Shown piece after piece: positions 33,103 through 42,097 of a stretch of DNA of 64,000 nt. Each line of letters begins with the position of its first letter. Within the stretch, counting starts at the first letter, position 1. Position numbers and translations under genes: made by a program. The notes beneath the pieces were generated by a model, which was not told the origin of the DNA, did not search any database, and saw nothing but the letters and a program-made list of their open reading frames with translations. Source of the DNA: Gallionellaceae bacterium (GTDB lineage: Bacteria > Pseudomonadota > Gammaproteobacteria > Burkholderiales > Gallionellaceae); assembly GCA_038925365.1 (NCBI GenBank), contig JBCKTV010000002.1, forward strand, positions 5,713 to 69,712, written 5' to 3'.

Positions 33103-34056
33103 TTATTTATTCAGCGATTCTCGCTCCATTAACAAATAAGTGTTGTATGCATTGGCGCGGTTGGCATCCAGAAATGCAGGCAGTGTAGAAAATTGTGTCC
33201 AGTCAGTTTGCGCATAGGCCTCGTCAAAAGGTACAAAATCTTGCACCGCACGGCCCATGACTAGCCTTACATAGCTTAGATAATCACGAGTCATCTGGAG
33301 GTCGGCCACCGGGGTGTCGGAGGCAGCGCCATGACCCGGTATCATGAATTTAGGCTTAAATGCTATCAGCTTGTCCAGCGCTAGTAGCCACAAACGGCTG
33401 TCTGCATTGCCCACATACGGCACGCGACCCTTAAACACCAGATCACCGGAATACAGCACCCCATCTTCTTTCACAAACATGGCGATGTCTTCTGTTGAAT
33501 GACCGGGGCCTACATGGCGCAACTCGAAATGCAAGCCGCCCATTTCAAAGTTCGAATCACCGGTGAGCCATTTGTCGGCAGCAATTACTTTTGTGCGCTC
33601 ATTAATCCATGGCTTCAACATTTCACGTCGCTGCTGCAAACGCTGTTGCGCTTCATCAGAACCGACATATTCCTGCCCGGCTGTATGCGCCCATATTTCA
33701 ACGCCCATCTCTTTGAATACCTGCATTCCGTAGATATGGTCGGCATGATAATGGCTGATGATGACGCGTTTGATCGGCTGCTTGGTGATAGACGCTATCG
33801 CTTTAACCAAATTTTTTGCGAGGACAGGACTGCCAAGTGTGTCAAATACCACGACTCCCGCTTTCGTCACCACAAATCCTGCATTGGACATAAAGCCCTG
33901 ATTCTCCGCAGAAACTGCACCGGAATATCCTTTCACATAATAACTATGCGGGCCAATTTTAATAGGCTGGAATGTGATGGCAATATTATTGTCCGCGCTT
34001 GCATACGAGAAAAAACTTAAACTGAACAGGCAAGCTACTGTGCATAATTTAAACAT
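33103..34056 (-). CDS. periplasmic MBL-fold metallo-hydrolase (SoxH-like)
   Basis: Signal peptide and intact HYHADH (HxHxDH) motif. Start set at MFKL, preceded by GAGGGAG. Confidence 0.75.
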   Translation of the reverse strand: MFKLCTVACLFSLSFFSYASADNNIAITFQPIKIGPHSYYVKGYSGAVSAENQGFMSNAGFVVTKAGVVVFDTLGSPVLAKNLVKAIASITKQPIKRVIISHYHADHIYGMQVFKEMGVEIWAHTAGQEYVGSDEAQQRLQQRREMLKPWINERTKVIAADKWLTGDSNFEMGGLHFELRHVGPGHSTEDIAMFVKEDGVLYSGDLVFKGRVPYVGNADSRLWLLALDKLIAFKPKFMIPGHGAASDTPVADLQMTRDYLSYVRLVMGRAVQDFVPFDEAYAQTDWTQFSTLPAFLDANRANAYNTYLLMERESLNK

Positions 34057-34173
34057 GAAACACTCCCTCAAAGGTTAAACCGAGATTACCCATCCAAACA
34101 GAATTTGTAGGAACACGCTCTTTGATTTCATCACTGCACTCACGAAGATCAGAAGAAAATGACTACAGTATTT

Positions 34174-35667
34174 TTAATCTTTTTTTGTCTTGCCCTGACT
34201 GAGTGGCAACTTCTTCAGCACCTTAACTGCATCATGTGCCAGCAAGCTGACGTTCATCGCCAGGTTGGTCTCCGCATACTGAGTTTCTTCCAACTGTTTA
34301 ACGACAGTCACCAATTGCTCATTGCGACCATAATAAAGCTGAATGTGCATCAACCATTGCTGCAAGGTGAAATTTTTTACCGAATTCTCGCCTTCAAATT
34401 GCAGCAAGGCACGATGCAAATCACCCGCATTTTCTGCACCGCTGATCTGCAACAAAGATTTTCGCCTTTGCAAAGCTAGTCGGATTTTATTAAATAGAAC
34501 ATATCCTAAACCGGCCATCGCTAGCAATATCACCAATCCAATAGTAATTTTTTTTACCATAATCCAGAGAGGATTAAACACCTCTACACTTAGCGGAGGA
34601 ATCAACACAGATTCAACGCGCGCTGTGACCGGATCGTAGTAAGGCAAGTTTATTTCCGGCATTGTTAAAATTCCCGTTTGCAAAGGCACAAAGGGCAGAG
34701 TTACTAGCCAAGTCTGCATCGCAGAAGTAGCGCGTTGTGTATCGCCATTGATGATTTTTATTGGATAAAAACGCAGCGACTCATTGCCGCGAATTGAAGA
34801 CAGTAGTTTGACTATCCCCTCTTCACTGATGCCATTTCCCCGCACCGTAAACATCCAGTTGATGGGCCTATCCAGCGCGATTTCAGACGGCAAAGCTTCC
34901 ACTGTTACCCGTGGTTTACCGATTGGAACATGCACAGGAAGATAGCCCGGCACTGGGGCTGCGACCAGACGCAAAGGGGGGACGGGATAACGCAAGCGTG
35001 TGCCGAATTTAAACGCATCCAGTAAAGGAAACTCTATCTTCACGCTGCCTTCTAGCAAGGGCATCAGCGCCCATGCATAGCGGTGGATGGTGTAGCGTTT
35101 TCCTTCTATCAATTCCTCGTACTGACTTTCGGCCAGTCGGCGCTGGTGCGCACCTATTGCGACTAGCTCCTGTGGTGCTGCCCATTGCAGCGTGCCATCG
35201 TCATAGATGTCCAGCGTCAACGTGCTTGCCTGACGTACTTGTGGATGCGCACTATCTATGGCCGTCTTAAATATCACGCGTGGCATTTGCTTGCTGGATT
35301 CAAGCACCGACACCACCACTGCGTTGCTGTTTTTTCCCCTGTAACTCAACGCGGGAATCTGCAACTTTCCTGTACTCAATGGGTATAGCGTTAGCGTCAT
35401 CGTTTCGTTAATGACACTGCGACCTTTTATGCGCTGCTGTTGAGTAGAACCGGAGATACCGTAAACATTAAAATGTTTCTTGAGTTTGTCTAGATTGATG
35501 CCGCTTATCGGCTCCTTCACATCCTCCACCCGAAGCTCCGCTGTGAGCGGCTCTCCCAGCACAACTGTTTTCTTGTCCAGCTTCAGCGTCATGCGTACTT
35601 CTGCTATAGCTTGGCCTACCCCTGACGCGCCTAGCAACAAGAACAGTAGCCAACAATTTTTTACCAT
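34174..35667 (-). CDS. batD: BatD-like (oxygen tolerance) protein
   Basis: Signal peptide, long beta-rich ectodomain, C-terminal TM helix. Position is at the end of the MoxR/Bat operon. Confidence 0.7.
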   Translation of the reverse strand: MVKNCWLLFLLLGASGVGQAIAEVRMTLKLDKKTVVLGEPLTAELRVEDVKEPISGINLDKLKKHFNVYGISGSTQQQRIKGRSVINETMTLTLYPLSTGKLQIPALSYRGKNSNAVVVSVLESSKQMPRVIFKTAIDSAHPQVRQASTLTLDIYDDGTLQWAAPQELVAIGAHQRRLAESQYEELIEGKRYTIHRYAWALMPLLEGSVKIEFPLLDAFKFGTRLRYPVPPLRLVAAPVPGYLPVHVPIGKPRVTVEALPSEIALDRPINWMFTVRGNGISEEGIVKLLSSIRGNESLRFYPIKIINGDTQRATSAMQTWLVTLPFVPLQTGILTMPEINLPYYDPVTARVESVLIPPLSVEVFNPLWIMVKKITIGLVILLAMAGLGYVLFNKIRLALQRRKSLLQISGAENAGDLHRALLQFEGENSVKNFTLQQWLMHIQLYYGRNEQLVTVVKQLEETQYAETNLAMNVSLLAHDAVKVLKKLPLSQGKTKKD

Positions 35668-37475
35668 GGCGGCATCTCCAGTTGTGGCACATAGTCGCGT
35701 GCAGCTTCAATCTTGATCAGCGCTTTGTGCAATACGACTGGATTATCCGCTGCCAATTCCAACTTTTTCAGCGCGGCGCGGTAGGCAATATCGCCATCGC
35801 CTGTAAGCGATGAATTGTTAGCTACCGCCTTTTCTCCCGAGTGTAATCTGGCATTTTCGCTGCCTGCCAATTCACTACTCAAACCAAATCTCTTATCTTT
35901 TTTATCATCGGACGAATCTATGGAGAGCGGCTTATCTGTGGCATCCTCACCCAGCGCACCGCCCGTCTGCTGCCCGCGACGCCCTACTATTCCATCGGCT
36001 TTTTTACCCGGTTTTTTCATCGCGGCAAGTTTGCCAGCAGATAGCGCTAGATTTGTTCTCGCATTCTGAAGTAATAAATCATTCTGGCTCTCTTGCGCAT
36101 ACTTAAGCACGCCGAGAAACGCATCGGCTGCCGCACGATAGTTTCCGGCCATGAAAAAACCATTGCCGAGATTGAACAAGGCTTGCTCCCGTTGCCTTGC
36201 ATCATGCGCTTCCAATAGTGCGTTGCTGAATTGCTTTACTGCATATTGATAATCACGACGGCGATAGGCCGCAGCCCCTTCTCCCAACCGTGCGGTGTAA
36301 CCTTGCAGATCGCCATACAGCGTCTGTGCCCGTGCGTGGTTTTTGCTTTGGTAAGCGGCATAGGCATCGGCTTCTGTTGCAAAACCTTCAGGCATATCTG
36401 CCAACGCAAGCACCATTCCGATTAACAATGAATATTGTATGTGCTTGATTATATTGAATATTTTATTTGCATACAACAGCACAAACAGCAACAATGCAGG
36501 CAGCAAAAAGCTTGCATACAGCTCTCGCCATGCCTGCACATTTTCTACGGCCTGCTTGCCGCCCGGAACAGCAAGCAGGCCATTTTCATATAGTGACTTC
36601 CAATCTGCATCGCCATCGGCAACCTGCACAAACTTGCCATTGGTGTTGTTGGCGAGATCCGTAAACCCGGATGTATCCATCATGCTGATCACATCCGCGC
36701 CTTCATGCACCAATAAGTTTCCGTCCGATTGTGTGATGGTGGCACCTTGCTCCGTGCCCACGCCGAGGATAAACAAGGCAACTCCCGCCTGCTTGAGTTT
36801 ATCGACAGCTTCCCACACTGCCGCACCGGCAGGGCCAGACAAAGCACTGGATTCGGCATCCGTCAGCAACAGAATGGCGCGAGCTTGGCCTGGTGGCATG
36901 TTACGCAGCGCCAGCTCAAGGGCATTGGCCAGCGCCGTGCCCGGTGTATCGAACAAAGTCGGCTCTGCGATATTCAGGTAGTAAGGCAGTGCCGCATAGT
37001 CACGGCTTAGCGGCATGATCAACCCGGCACTGCCGGAAAAGGCGATTAAACCAAGTCGCTCACCGTGTAAGCGCGGCAACAAATCCAGCAACTCCAGCTT
37101 CGCACGCTGCAAGCGTTGAGGCGAAATATCCTGCGCCAACATCGACGGCGACACATCCAGCAGCACCATGATATCCAGTTCATGACCCTGTTTTGCCTGC
37201 TGCTGCTGATTATTATCCAACAACGGTAGACGTGGCCCAGCCAACGCACAAGCCAGCAACAACCACGCAATGACATTGAACACTCCGCGCCATCTTGGCT
37301 GCTGCACATCCAGATTGCCGCGCACCGCCCAAGCCAACAAATGCGGGTCTGCATAGTGCAACACCTGATTACGGCGCAACTTTAGCAACAGTGCCATCAA
37401 CATCGGCTGCAAGGCCAACAGCGCCCACCACGGATGTGTCCATTCGAGTTGCGACAACGCGCTCAAACTGATCAT
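35661..37475 (-). CDS. VWA-domain protein BatB fused in frame to a TPR (BatC-like) module
   Basis: Start at MISLSALSQ (ATGA overlap with batA). VWA MIDAS motif VLLDVSPSM, TM helices, then TPR repeats (YRRRDYQYAVKQF, GNGFFMAGNYRAAADAF). The junction is occupied by repeat copy H. Confidence 0.75.
   Translation of the reverse strand: MISLSALSQLEWTHPWWALLALQPMLMALLLKLRRNQVLHYADPHLLAWAVRGNLDVQQPRWRGVFNVIAWLLLACALAGPRLPLLDNNQQQQAKQGHELDIMVLLDVSPSMLAQDISPQRLQRAKLELLDLLPRLHGERLGLIAFSGSAGLIMPLSRDYAALPYYLNIAEPTLFDTPGTALANALELALRNMPPGQARAILLLTDAESSALSGPAGAAVWEAVDKLKQAGVALFILGVGTEQGATITQSDGNLLVHEGADVISMMDTSGFTDLANNTNGKFVQVADGDADWKSLYENGLLAVPGGKQAVENVQAWRELYASFLLPALLLFVLLYANKIFNIIKHIQYSLLIGMVLALADMPEGFATEADAYAAYQSKNHARAQTLYGDLQGYTARLGEGAAAYRRRDYQYAVKQFSNALLEAHDARQREQALFNLGNGFFMAGNYRAAADAFLGVLKYAQESQNDLLLQNARTNLALSAGKLAAMKKPGKKADGIVGRRGQQTGGALGEDATDKPLSIDSSDDKKDKRFGLSSELAGSENARLHSGEKAVANNSSLTGDGDIAYRAALKKLELAADNPVVLHKALIKIEAARDYVPQLEMPPW
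36425..36466 (-). repeat. AT-rich element copy H, located inside the batB/batC ORF
   Basis: The reverse complement reads aaaatattcaatatAATCAAgcacatacaatattcattg. It translates in frame as ANKIFNIIKHIQYSLL. Confidence 0.8.
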
Positions 37476-38479
37476 GTCGCTACCCGACGTATTTGCATGA
37501 CACGCGCAACACTGAGCAGACCCGCTGCCAGCAAGATCAACGCGCCATACCACTCTTCAACCCTGCGACGGGTGGATGGTCGTGTGATGGTTTGTTCCAG
37601 CTTGCCAATATCCGCCACCACCTGCTGCAATGCGCCGCTGTTATCGGCGCGGTAATAACGCCCACCAGTGAGCGCAGCAATTTTCTGCATATCCGGCACA
37701 ATAATTGCATTTGACTGAACTGTTGTACTGGACTGAGTGGGCGCTCGACCTTCCGCAAACAAGTCGCTGCCCACCTGCACGGTGTAAATCGCCACGCCCA
37801 TACGCCTAGCCAACTCCACCGCCTCTGTCGGGGTCAGGTCTCCCGCATTGCTATCGGTGTTGTCACTGAACAAAATCAAGGCGGGACGCAAAGCCTGACG
37901 CTCGCGTAATTGCTTCAATGCTAGTCCGATCGCATCGCCCAGCGCAGTGTTGTCACCGGCAATGCCGACCTGTACCTGCTGAATCATGCCAGTCACCAAA
38001 TCTCGATCGAAGCTGGGTATCACCATAGTTGCTGCGGTACTGCCAAATACAATGACGCCAAAACGATCGCCCTCCCGCGCTGCCACAAAACGGCTCACCA
38101 CCCCTTTCAACACGGCCAGCCTATCCACTCGCTGGCCGTTCAATTCAAAATCTTCAATGCTCATAGTTTTTGAGGTGTCTATCAGCATCACAATCTCACG
38201 GCCTTCGGGTTTTTCCGGGATCAACTCGCCTATGCGTTGCGGCTGTGCCAGCGCCAGCACCAACAATAAAAGCGCGCTGCCGTTCAATACCAACTGCCAA
38301 CGCGACGAAACAGGCGAAGAATTTTTTTCTTCTGGCAAGGGGCTAAGATCGGGATGCACCAGCAGCATCTGCGTGCTGCCTAGATCAACGCCGTCCGTAC
38401 TTTTACGCGCAGCCAGCCACAGTACCGCGAGCATTGGCAGGATTAACAGAAGCCAGTAAGGTTGGGCGAGGATGATCAT
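37472..38479 (-). CDS. batA: VWA-domain protein BatA
   Basis: N-terminal TM helices and VWA MIDAS motif MLIDTSKTM. Confidence 0.8.
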   Translation of the reverse strand: MIILAQPYWLLLILPMLAVLWLAARKSTDGVDLGSTQMLLVHPDLSPLPEEKNSSPVSSRWQLVLNGSALLLLVLALAQPQRIGELIPEKPEGREIVMLIDTSKTMSIEDFELNGQRVDRLAVLKGVVSRFVAAREGDRFGVIVFGSTAATMVIPSFDRDLVTGMIQQVQVGIAGDNTALGDAIGLALKQLRERQALRPALILFSDNTDSNAGDLTPTEAVELARRMGVAIYTVQVGSDLFAEGRAPTQSSTTVQSNAIIVPDMQKIAALTGGRYYRADNSGALQQVVADIGKLEQTITRPSTRRRVEEWYGALILLAAGLLSVARVMQIRRVAT

Positions 38480-38493
38480 ATTGGTCGCTTCTG

Positions 38494-38650
38494 CTTCACA
38501 CTTTGAAAAGGTGGACGAAGGGGGAGAGCGAAGCGAGAGGGCGTAATTTTCGTACTACAGCTATTTTCTGTCACCGCCATAAATCCCCCCTAGCCCCCCT
38601 TTTTTAAAGTGGGGAATAATGATGAAAGCCAAGTACCTGAGTAGTTACGG
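38494..38650. repeat. C/G-tract palindromic REP/MITE-like element, copy 4 (one degenerate unit plus one intact unit)
   Basis: Degenerate unit cttcacactttgaaaaggtggacgaagggggagagcgaagcgag, then aaatcccccctagccccccttttttaaagtggggaataatgatgaaag. Confidence 0.8.
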
Positions 38651-38655
38651 CGATC

Positions 38656-39405
38656 TTAAAACAACGTAAACAACTGGTTAGATAAGCCCAGTACGCTGAC
38701 TATCGCTATGCCGCCGCCCATCCAGCGCTTGAATATTTTGTCGTTTTTAACAATGCTGTGATGCGCCTTGAGTCCGATAAAATGTCCGATTGCGGCAATC
38801 GGCAACAGGCTGAGCGCGGTCAGAAAATGCAGCTCAACTTTGAGCATCATAAAGGTGGACATTTTGATCGCCACCAATACAAACCACAACACGAACAGCG
38901 TGTCGCGCAATTGCTCTCTGCGTACTTTGCGCATGAATACTGCCACCATCAATGGCGCGCCAGTCAATGAAGTGCCGGCAATATATCCGCCTAGCACCAG
39001 CAACACTTTATCCACCCAGTTGTTATGACTCTGGATCACAAAGTTCATAAACCACATCACGCCGTAAAACAAGGTGATCGTATAAATAAAAATATTCAGC
39101 CAAAGGGTGGGCATATTAATCAGACCCAATACGCCCACTATCGCCGGTGGCACGATATAAATTGATGCCCGACGTAAATAAGTCCAATCTACATTATTCA
39201 ATTGCGTAAAAAGGGTCAGACTAGAAAAAAACAATAAATGCACGCTGATGATGGGCAACCAGTAGAGCGGCTGGTTGCTGATAAACAGCAGAAGCGGCAA
39301 GCCTAAAGCAGCACCGCCAAAGCCCAAGCCTGTGCGCACAAAGCCGGTCCATACAAACAACAATGCAATGGCGATACTTTGATAGAGACTGAATTCGGCC
39401 AGCAT
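38656..39405 (-). CDS. TauE/SafE (TSUP) family anion permease
   Basis: Seven or eight TM helices with GFGGAALGLPLL and GGYIAGTSLTGAP motifs. Start set at MLAEF, 1 nt after the DUF4381 stop. Confidence 0.8.
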   Translation of the reverse strand: MLAEFSLYQSIAIALLFVWTGFVRTGLGFGGAALGLPLLLFISNQPLYWLPIISVHLLFFSSLTLFTQLNNVDWTYLRRASIYIVPPAIVGVLGLINMPTLWLNIFIYTITLFYGVMWFMNFVIQSHNNWVDKVLLVLGGYIAGTSLTGAPLMVAVFMRKVRREQLRDTLFVLWFVLVAIKMSTFMMLKVELHFLTALSLLPIAAIGHFIGLKAHHSIVKNDKIFKRWMGGGIAIVSVLGLSNQLFTLF

Positions 39406-39406
39406 T

Positions 39407-39889
39407 TTATATTCCAATTTTTTTAAATGCAGACTTGCGACTGTAGCGCCGCAACCAATACTCAGTCTGGGCAAATAAGTCAGCCAGTTTTTCTGCACTT
39501 ATCTCGGCATTGTGTTGATACAAAAATGTATCGAGCGTCTGCAAAAAATCGTGCCAGCGCGTATGATCCTGCGGCTTAAGTTGCTCAGGAATTTTATTTG
39601 CACTCAGTCTTTTTACACCCAGCCCATGACGCAATTCTAACGCAAGCAGCAGCACCGTTTCCTGCGGCGTGTTTTCCTTGTCATGCAGTTGTTTGTGCAA
39701 TGTACGCATTCGACGGATTGCACGATAGGCTGGTAATTTGTATTTCCACAACACAAACAAAACCACAGCAGCTATCACCAAACCAGTGATCAGCAGAGCT
39801 ATCCATAGCCATCCATCTGAAGCAGCCAGTACCGGTGCTGCGGGTTCAATAATATCGGCGAGGCCGCTATTCGTGTCACTCATAATCAT
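39407..39889 (-). CDS. DUF4381 domain protein (MoxR/Bat operon component)
   Basis: Single TM helix (WLWIALLITGLVIAAVVLFVLW) followed by KYKLPAYRAIRRM, typical of DUF4381. Confidence 0.7.
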   Translation of the reverse strand: MIMSDTNSGLADIIEPAAPVLAASDGWLWIALLITGLVIAAVVLFVLWKYKLPAYRAIRRMRTLHKQLHDKENTPQETVLLLALELRHGLGVKRLSANKIPEQLKPQDHTRWHDFLQTLDTFLYQHNAEISAEKLADLFAQTEYWLRRYSRKSAFKKIGI

Positions 39890-39913
39890 TTACCCTCAAG
39901 AAAAATTTATATT
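39867..39913. repeat. 47-bp direct repeat, left copy, flanking the Fic cassette
   Basis: ctattcgtgtcactcataatcatttaccctcaagaaaaatttatatt, identical to 41089-41135 except for one base. Confidence 0.9.
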
Positions 39914-39932
39914 AATCATCTTCAGTAGCCTG

Positions 39933-40517
39933 CTAGCTTCTTACGAAAGCAAGCAATGGCTGACAATCGCCGTGGTCGGCGGCGCTCAAAACAGTGATGT
40001 AGCGATCTCGGGTTTTGCTAGCATCGCTAAGGCTTTTACTACCCCACGTAAAACGAGCCTGCCCTAACTTTTTCACCAACAAGTCTGCGATCATCCGCGC
40101 ATGCCGACCATTACCGTTAGGGAATGGATGAATGAGCACTAGGCGATGATGAAAGCGCGTGGCAATTTCGTCAGGTGGGTAAGTTGCATGATCTATTTGA
40201 TAGCGCACATCATTCAGTAAGTCGCGTAGACGCACGCCGATGTGATGACTATCTACACCGATATTTTTGTCCGTCTGGCGGAAGGTGCCTGCCCAACTCC
40301 AAGTCTCACCAAACATTTTTTCATGCAGTCGTCGCACAAAAGTTTCGTCGAGAATGTCTTTTCGTTGCTTACTCGCCCAAGCTTCACCTTGCAAAATATT
40401 GAGCTGCTCCCATTCGTTGAGTTCGCCCTGTGTGGTGATATGCTTAGCAATCAAACAGCCAAGTTCGTCCGCATCTAGTGGAGTTGCACCTGGCGGGTAA
40501 TTGAAATTTATCGCCAT
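39933..40517 (-). CDS. Fic family protein (mobile mystery protein B type)
   Basis: Fic motif HPFPNGNGRHARM. 194 aa. Overlaps the upstream HTH gene. Confidence 0.85.
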   Translation of the reverse strand: MAINFNYPPGATPLDADELGCLIAKHITTQGELNEWEQLNILQGEAWASKQRKDILDETFVRRLHEKMFGETWSWAGTFRQTDKNIGVDSHHIGVRLRDLLNDVRYQIDHATYPPDEIATRFHHRLVLIHPFPNGNGRHARMIADLLVKKLGQARFTWGSKSLSDASKTRDRYITVLSAADHGDCQPLLAFVRS

Positions 40518-40969
40518 AAATTTCGTCGCGATCCATTAAGCAAGCTTGCAGACAGCTCCTGTGCTTGAGCATCCGTAGCCTCAGTTGAGGTTGCTTGCGC
40601 TTCCAGCGCCATGGTGTGCGCCACATTTTTCATGCGCTCACTGGCAACTTTATCGGCTTGCTTTGCTAAAGTGTTTGCTAGCGTCTGCTTTGGTAGCAAA
40701 GCATATTGCAATTCACAGCCCAGCGCTTCTGCCGCGCGGCGCAGGCTTCCTAAGGTGATAGTGTCCTCAGCCTCTGAGGTTTCGAGACGGCTTAGGGATG
40801 AAGGTACAATGCCGAGCCGCTTTGCGAGATAAGCAGCAGGCATTCCAAGAGCTTCACGTATCGCTTTAATCCAGCCGGAAGATGGACGGGCGGGCAACTC
40901 AGCCGAACGCCAGCGAGCGAGAGCGTTGTCCAGCTGGCGTTGCTTAAGGTTATTGAAGCGCGATTTCAT
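40508..40969 (-). CDS. XRE-type HTH protein (mobile mystery protein A type)
   Basis: HTH segment AAYLAKRLGIVPSSLSRLE. Pairing with the downstream Fic gene is as described for the TIGRFAM mobile mystery A/B pair. Confidence 0.75.
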   Translation of the reverse strand: MKSRFNNLKQRQLDNALARWRSAELPARPSSGWIKAIREALGMPAAYLAKRLGIVPSSLSRLETSEAEDTITLGSLRRAAEALGCELQYALLPKQTLANTLAKQADKVASERMKNVAHTMALEAQATSTEATDAQAQELSASLLNGSRRNLWR

Positions 40970-40978
40970 AATTAATTA

Positions 40979-41053
40979 TGCGTTATAGCTCATTATTTTA
41001 ATATCATATATTGCACTGTAATGCATTATATAAATAATAACAATTGCATTATA
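40979..41053 (-). promoter_or_regulatory. candidate promoter/operator of the Fic cassette (repeated TGCATTATA)
   Basis: tgcgttata (40979), tgcattata (41022) and tgcattata (41045). On the coding strand these read TATAATGCA, so each contains a TATAAT. Confidence 0.35.
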
Positions 41054-41088
41054 GTGCCATATGCAATATCTAAATCTGCACGCGAACC

Positions 41089-41135
41089 CTATTCGTGTCA
41101 CTCATAACCATTTACCCTCAAGAAAAATTTATATT
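41089..41135. repeat. 47-bp direct repeat, right copy, flanking the Fic cassette
   Basis: ctattcgtgtcactcataaccatttaccctcaagaaaaatttatatt. It contains the DUF58 stop codon. Confidence 0.9.
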
Positions 41136-42084
41136 CGTCGGCTTCCGTGCTGCAACGATGCAAGCGCACCCCGATGCGCTCAAACAACACTTTCTGTTTT
41201 GCATGCAGTGCCTCTGCTTGCCGATTGAACAAGCTGCGCACACTCTGGCTGCCAGTGTCCAGCCAGCGCAGTTTGCCGCTCGCCACATCAAAAAAACGCA
41301 TCATGCCAACATTGGGCAGTGTCTCTTCCGCACTATCCATTACCTGCAAGGCGAGCACATCATGGTGCGATGCCAAACGCATCAACACAGGTAAATCCTG
41401 CTCATGTAATTGTGCAAAATCGCTGATCAGCACCAGTCTGGAGCCGCGCGGCAACTGTGCATCCAGCTCGCGCAGCATCTCGGCAAACGTGCACGCTTGT
41501 GCTGCGGGTTCATTCTGCAATGGCGGGCAAGGAGCGATAGCGGCGCGCACCAGCCGCGTTGCACCCTCCTCGCCGTTCAAACACGGCAAGCTAAAGCCGC
41601 CTGATTGCCACAGGGTGCCGCCGATGCAGGTATTGCTCGGCATTGCGGCAAAAGCAAAAATTGCAGCAATGCGTGCAGCGAGGGTGACTTTGAGTTGCTT
41701 GCGCGTACCGAAACGCATGCTAGCACCGCGATCCACCACGATATGCAAGGGCGGCTGATGTTCTTCACGGTACACCTTTAGATAGGGTTTTCCTGTACGA
41801 GCAGTGGTGCGCCAGTCCATGTCGCGCATTTCGTCACCCGCTTGATAGGGTCGAACCTCTTCAAAATCCAATCCGCGTCCTAGATAAATAGAGCGAAAAT
41901 TTCCCGCTTGCCGGTAGTGCACATCTCTGGGCTGCAACTGCGCAAGATTCATCGCCTGCACCTGTTGAATGATGCCGTCGAGATCGGCGTCGCTTAATAG
42001 CGGCGCATGCAGTTGCGCTTGCTGTATGGCAGCTTGCGCGGTAAACAGGCGCGATAGCCAAGTACGAAGATTGCTTAACATCAT
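41098..42084 (-). CDS. DUF58 domain protein (MoxR operon partner)
   Basis: VRPYQAGDEMRDMDWRTTARTGKPYLKVY motif typical of DUF58. Confidence 0.85.
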   Translation of the reverse strand: MMLSNLRTWLSRLFTAQAAIQQAQLHAPLLSDADLDGIIQQVQAMNLAQLQPRDVHYRQAGNFRSIYLGRGLDFEEVRPYQAGDEMRDMDWRTTARTGKPYLKVYREEHQPPLHIVVDRGASMRFGTRKQLKVTLAARIAAIFAFAAMPSNTCIGGTLWQSGGFSLPCLNGEEGATRLVRAAIAPCPPLQNEPAAQACTFAEMLRELDAQLPRGSRLVLISDFAQLHEQDLPVLMRLASHHDVLALQVMDSAEETLPNVGMMRFFDVASGKLRWLDTGSQSVRSLFNRQAEALHAKQKVLFERIGVRLHRCSTEADEYKFFLRVNGYE

Positions 42085-42097
42085 AATATTTTGAAAA

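Larger units (their letters stand above)
39914..41088 (-). mobile_element. inserted two-gene cassette (mobile mystery protein A/B: HTH plus Fic) without a recombinase
   Basis: Bounded by 47-bp direct repeats that duplicate the DUF58-stop/DUF4381-start overlap. It interrupts an otherwise canonical MoxR operon. Confidence 0.75.
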
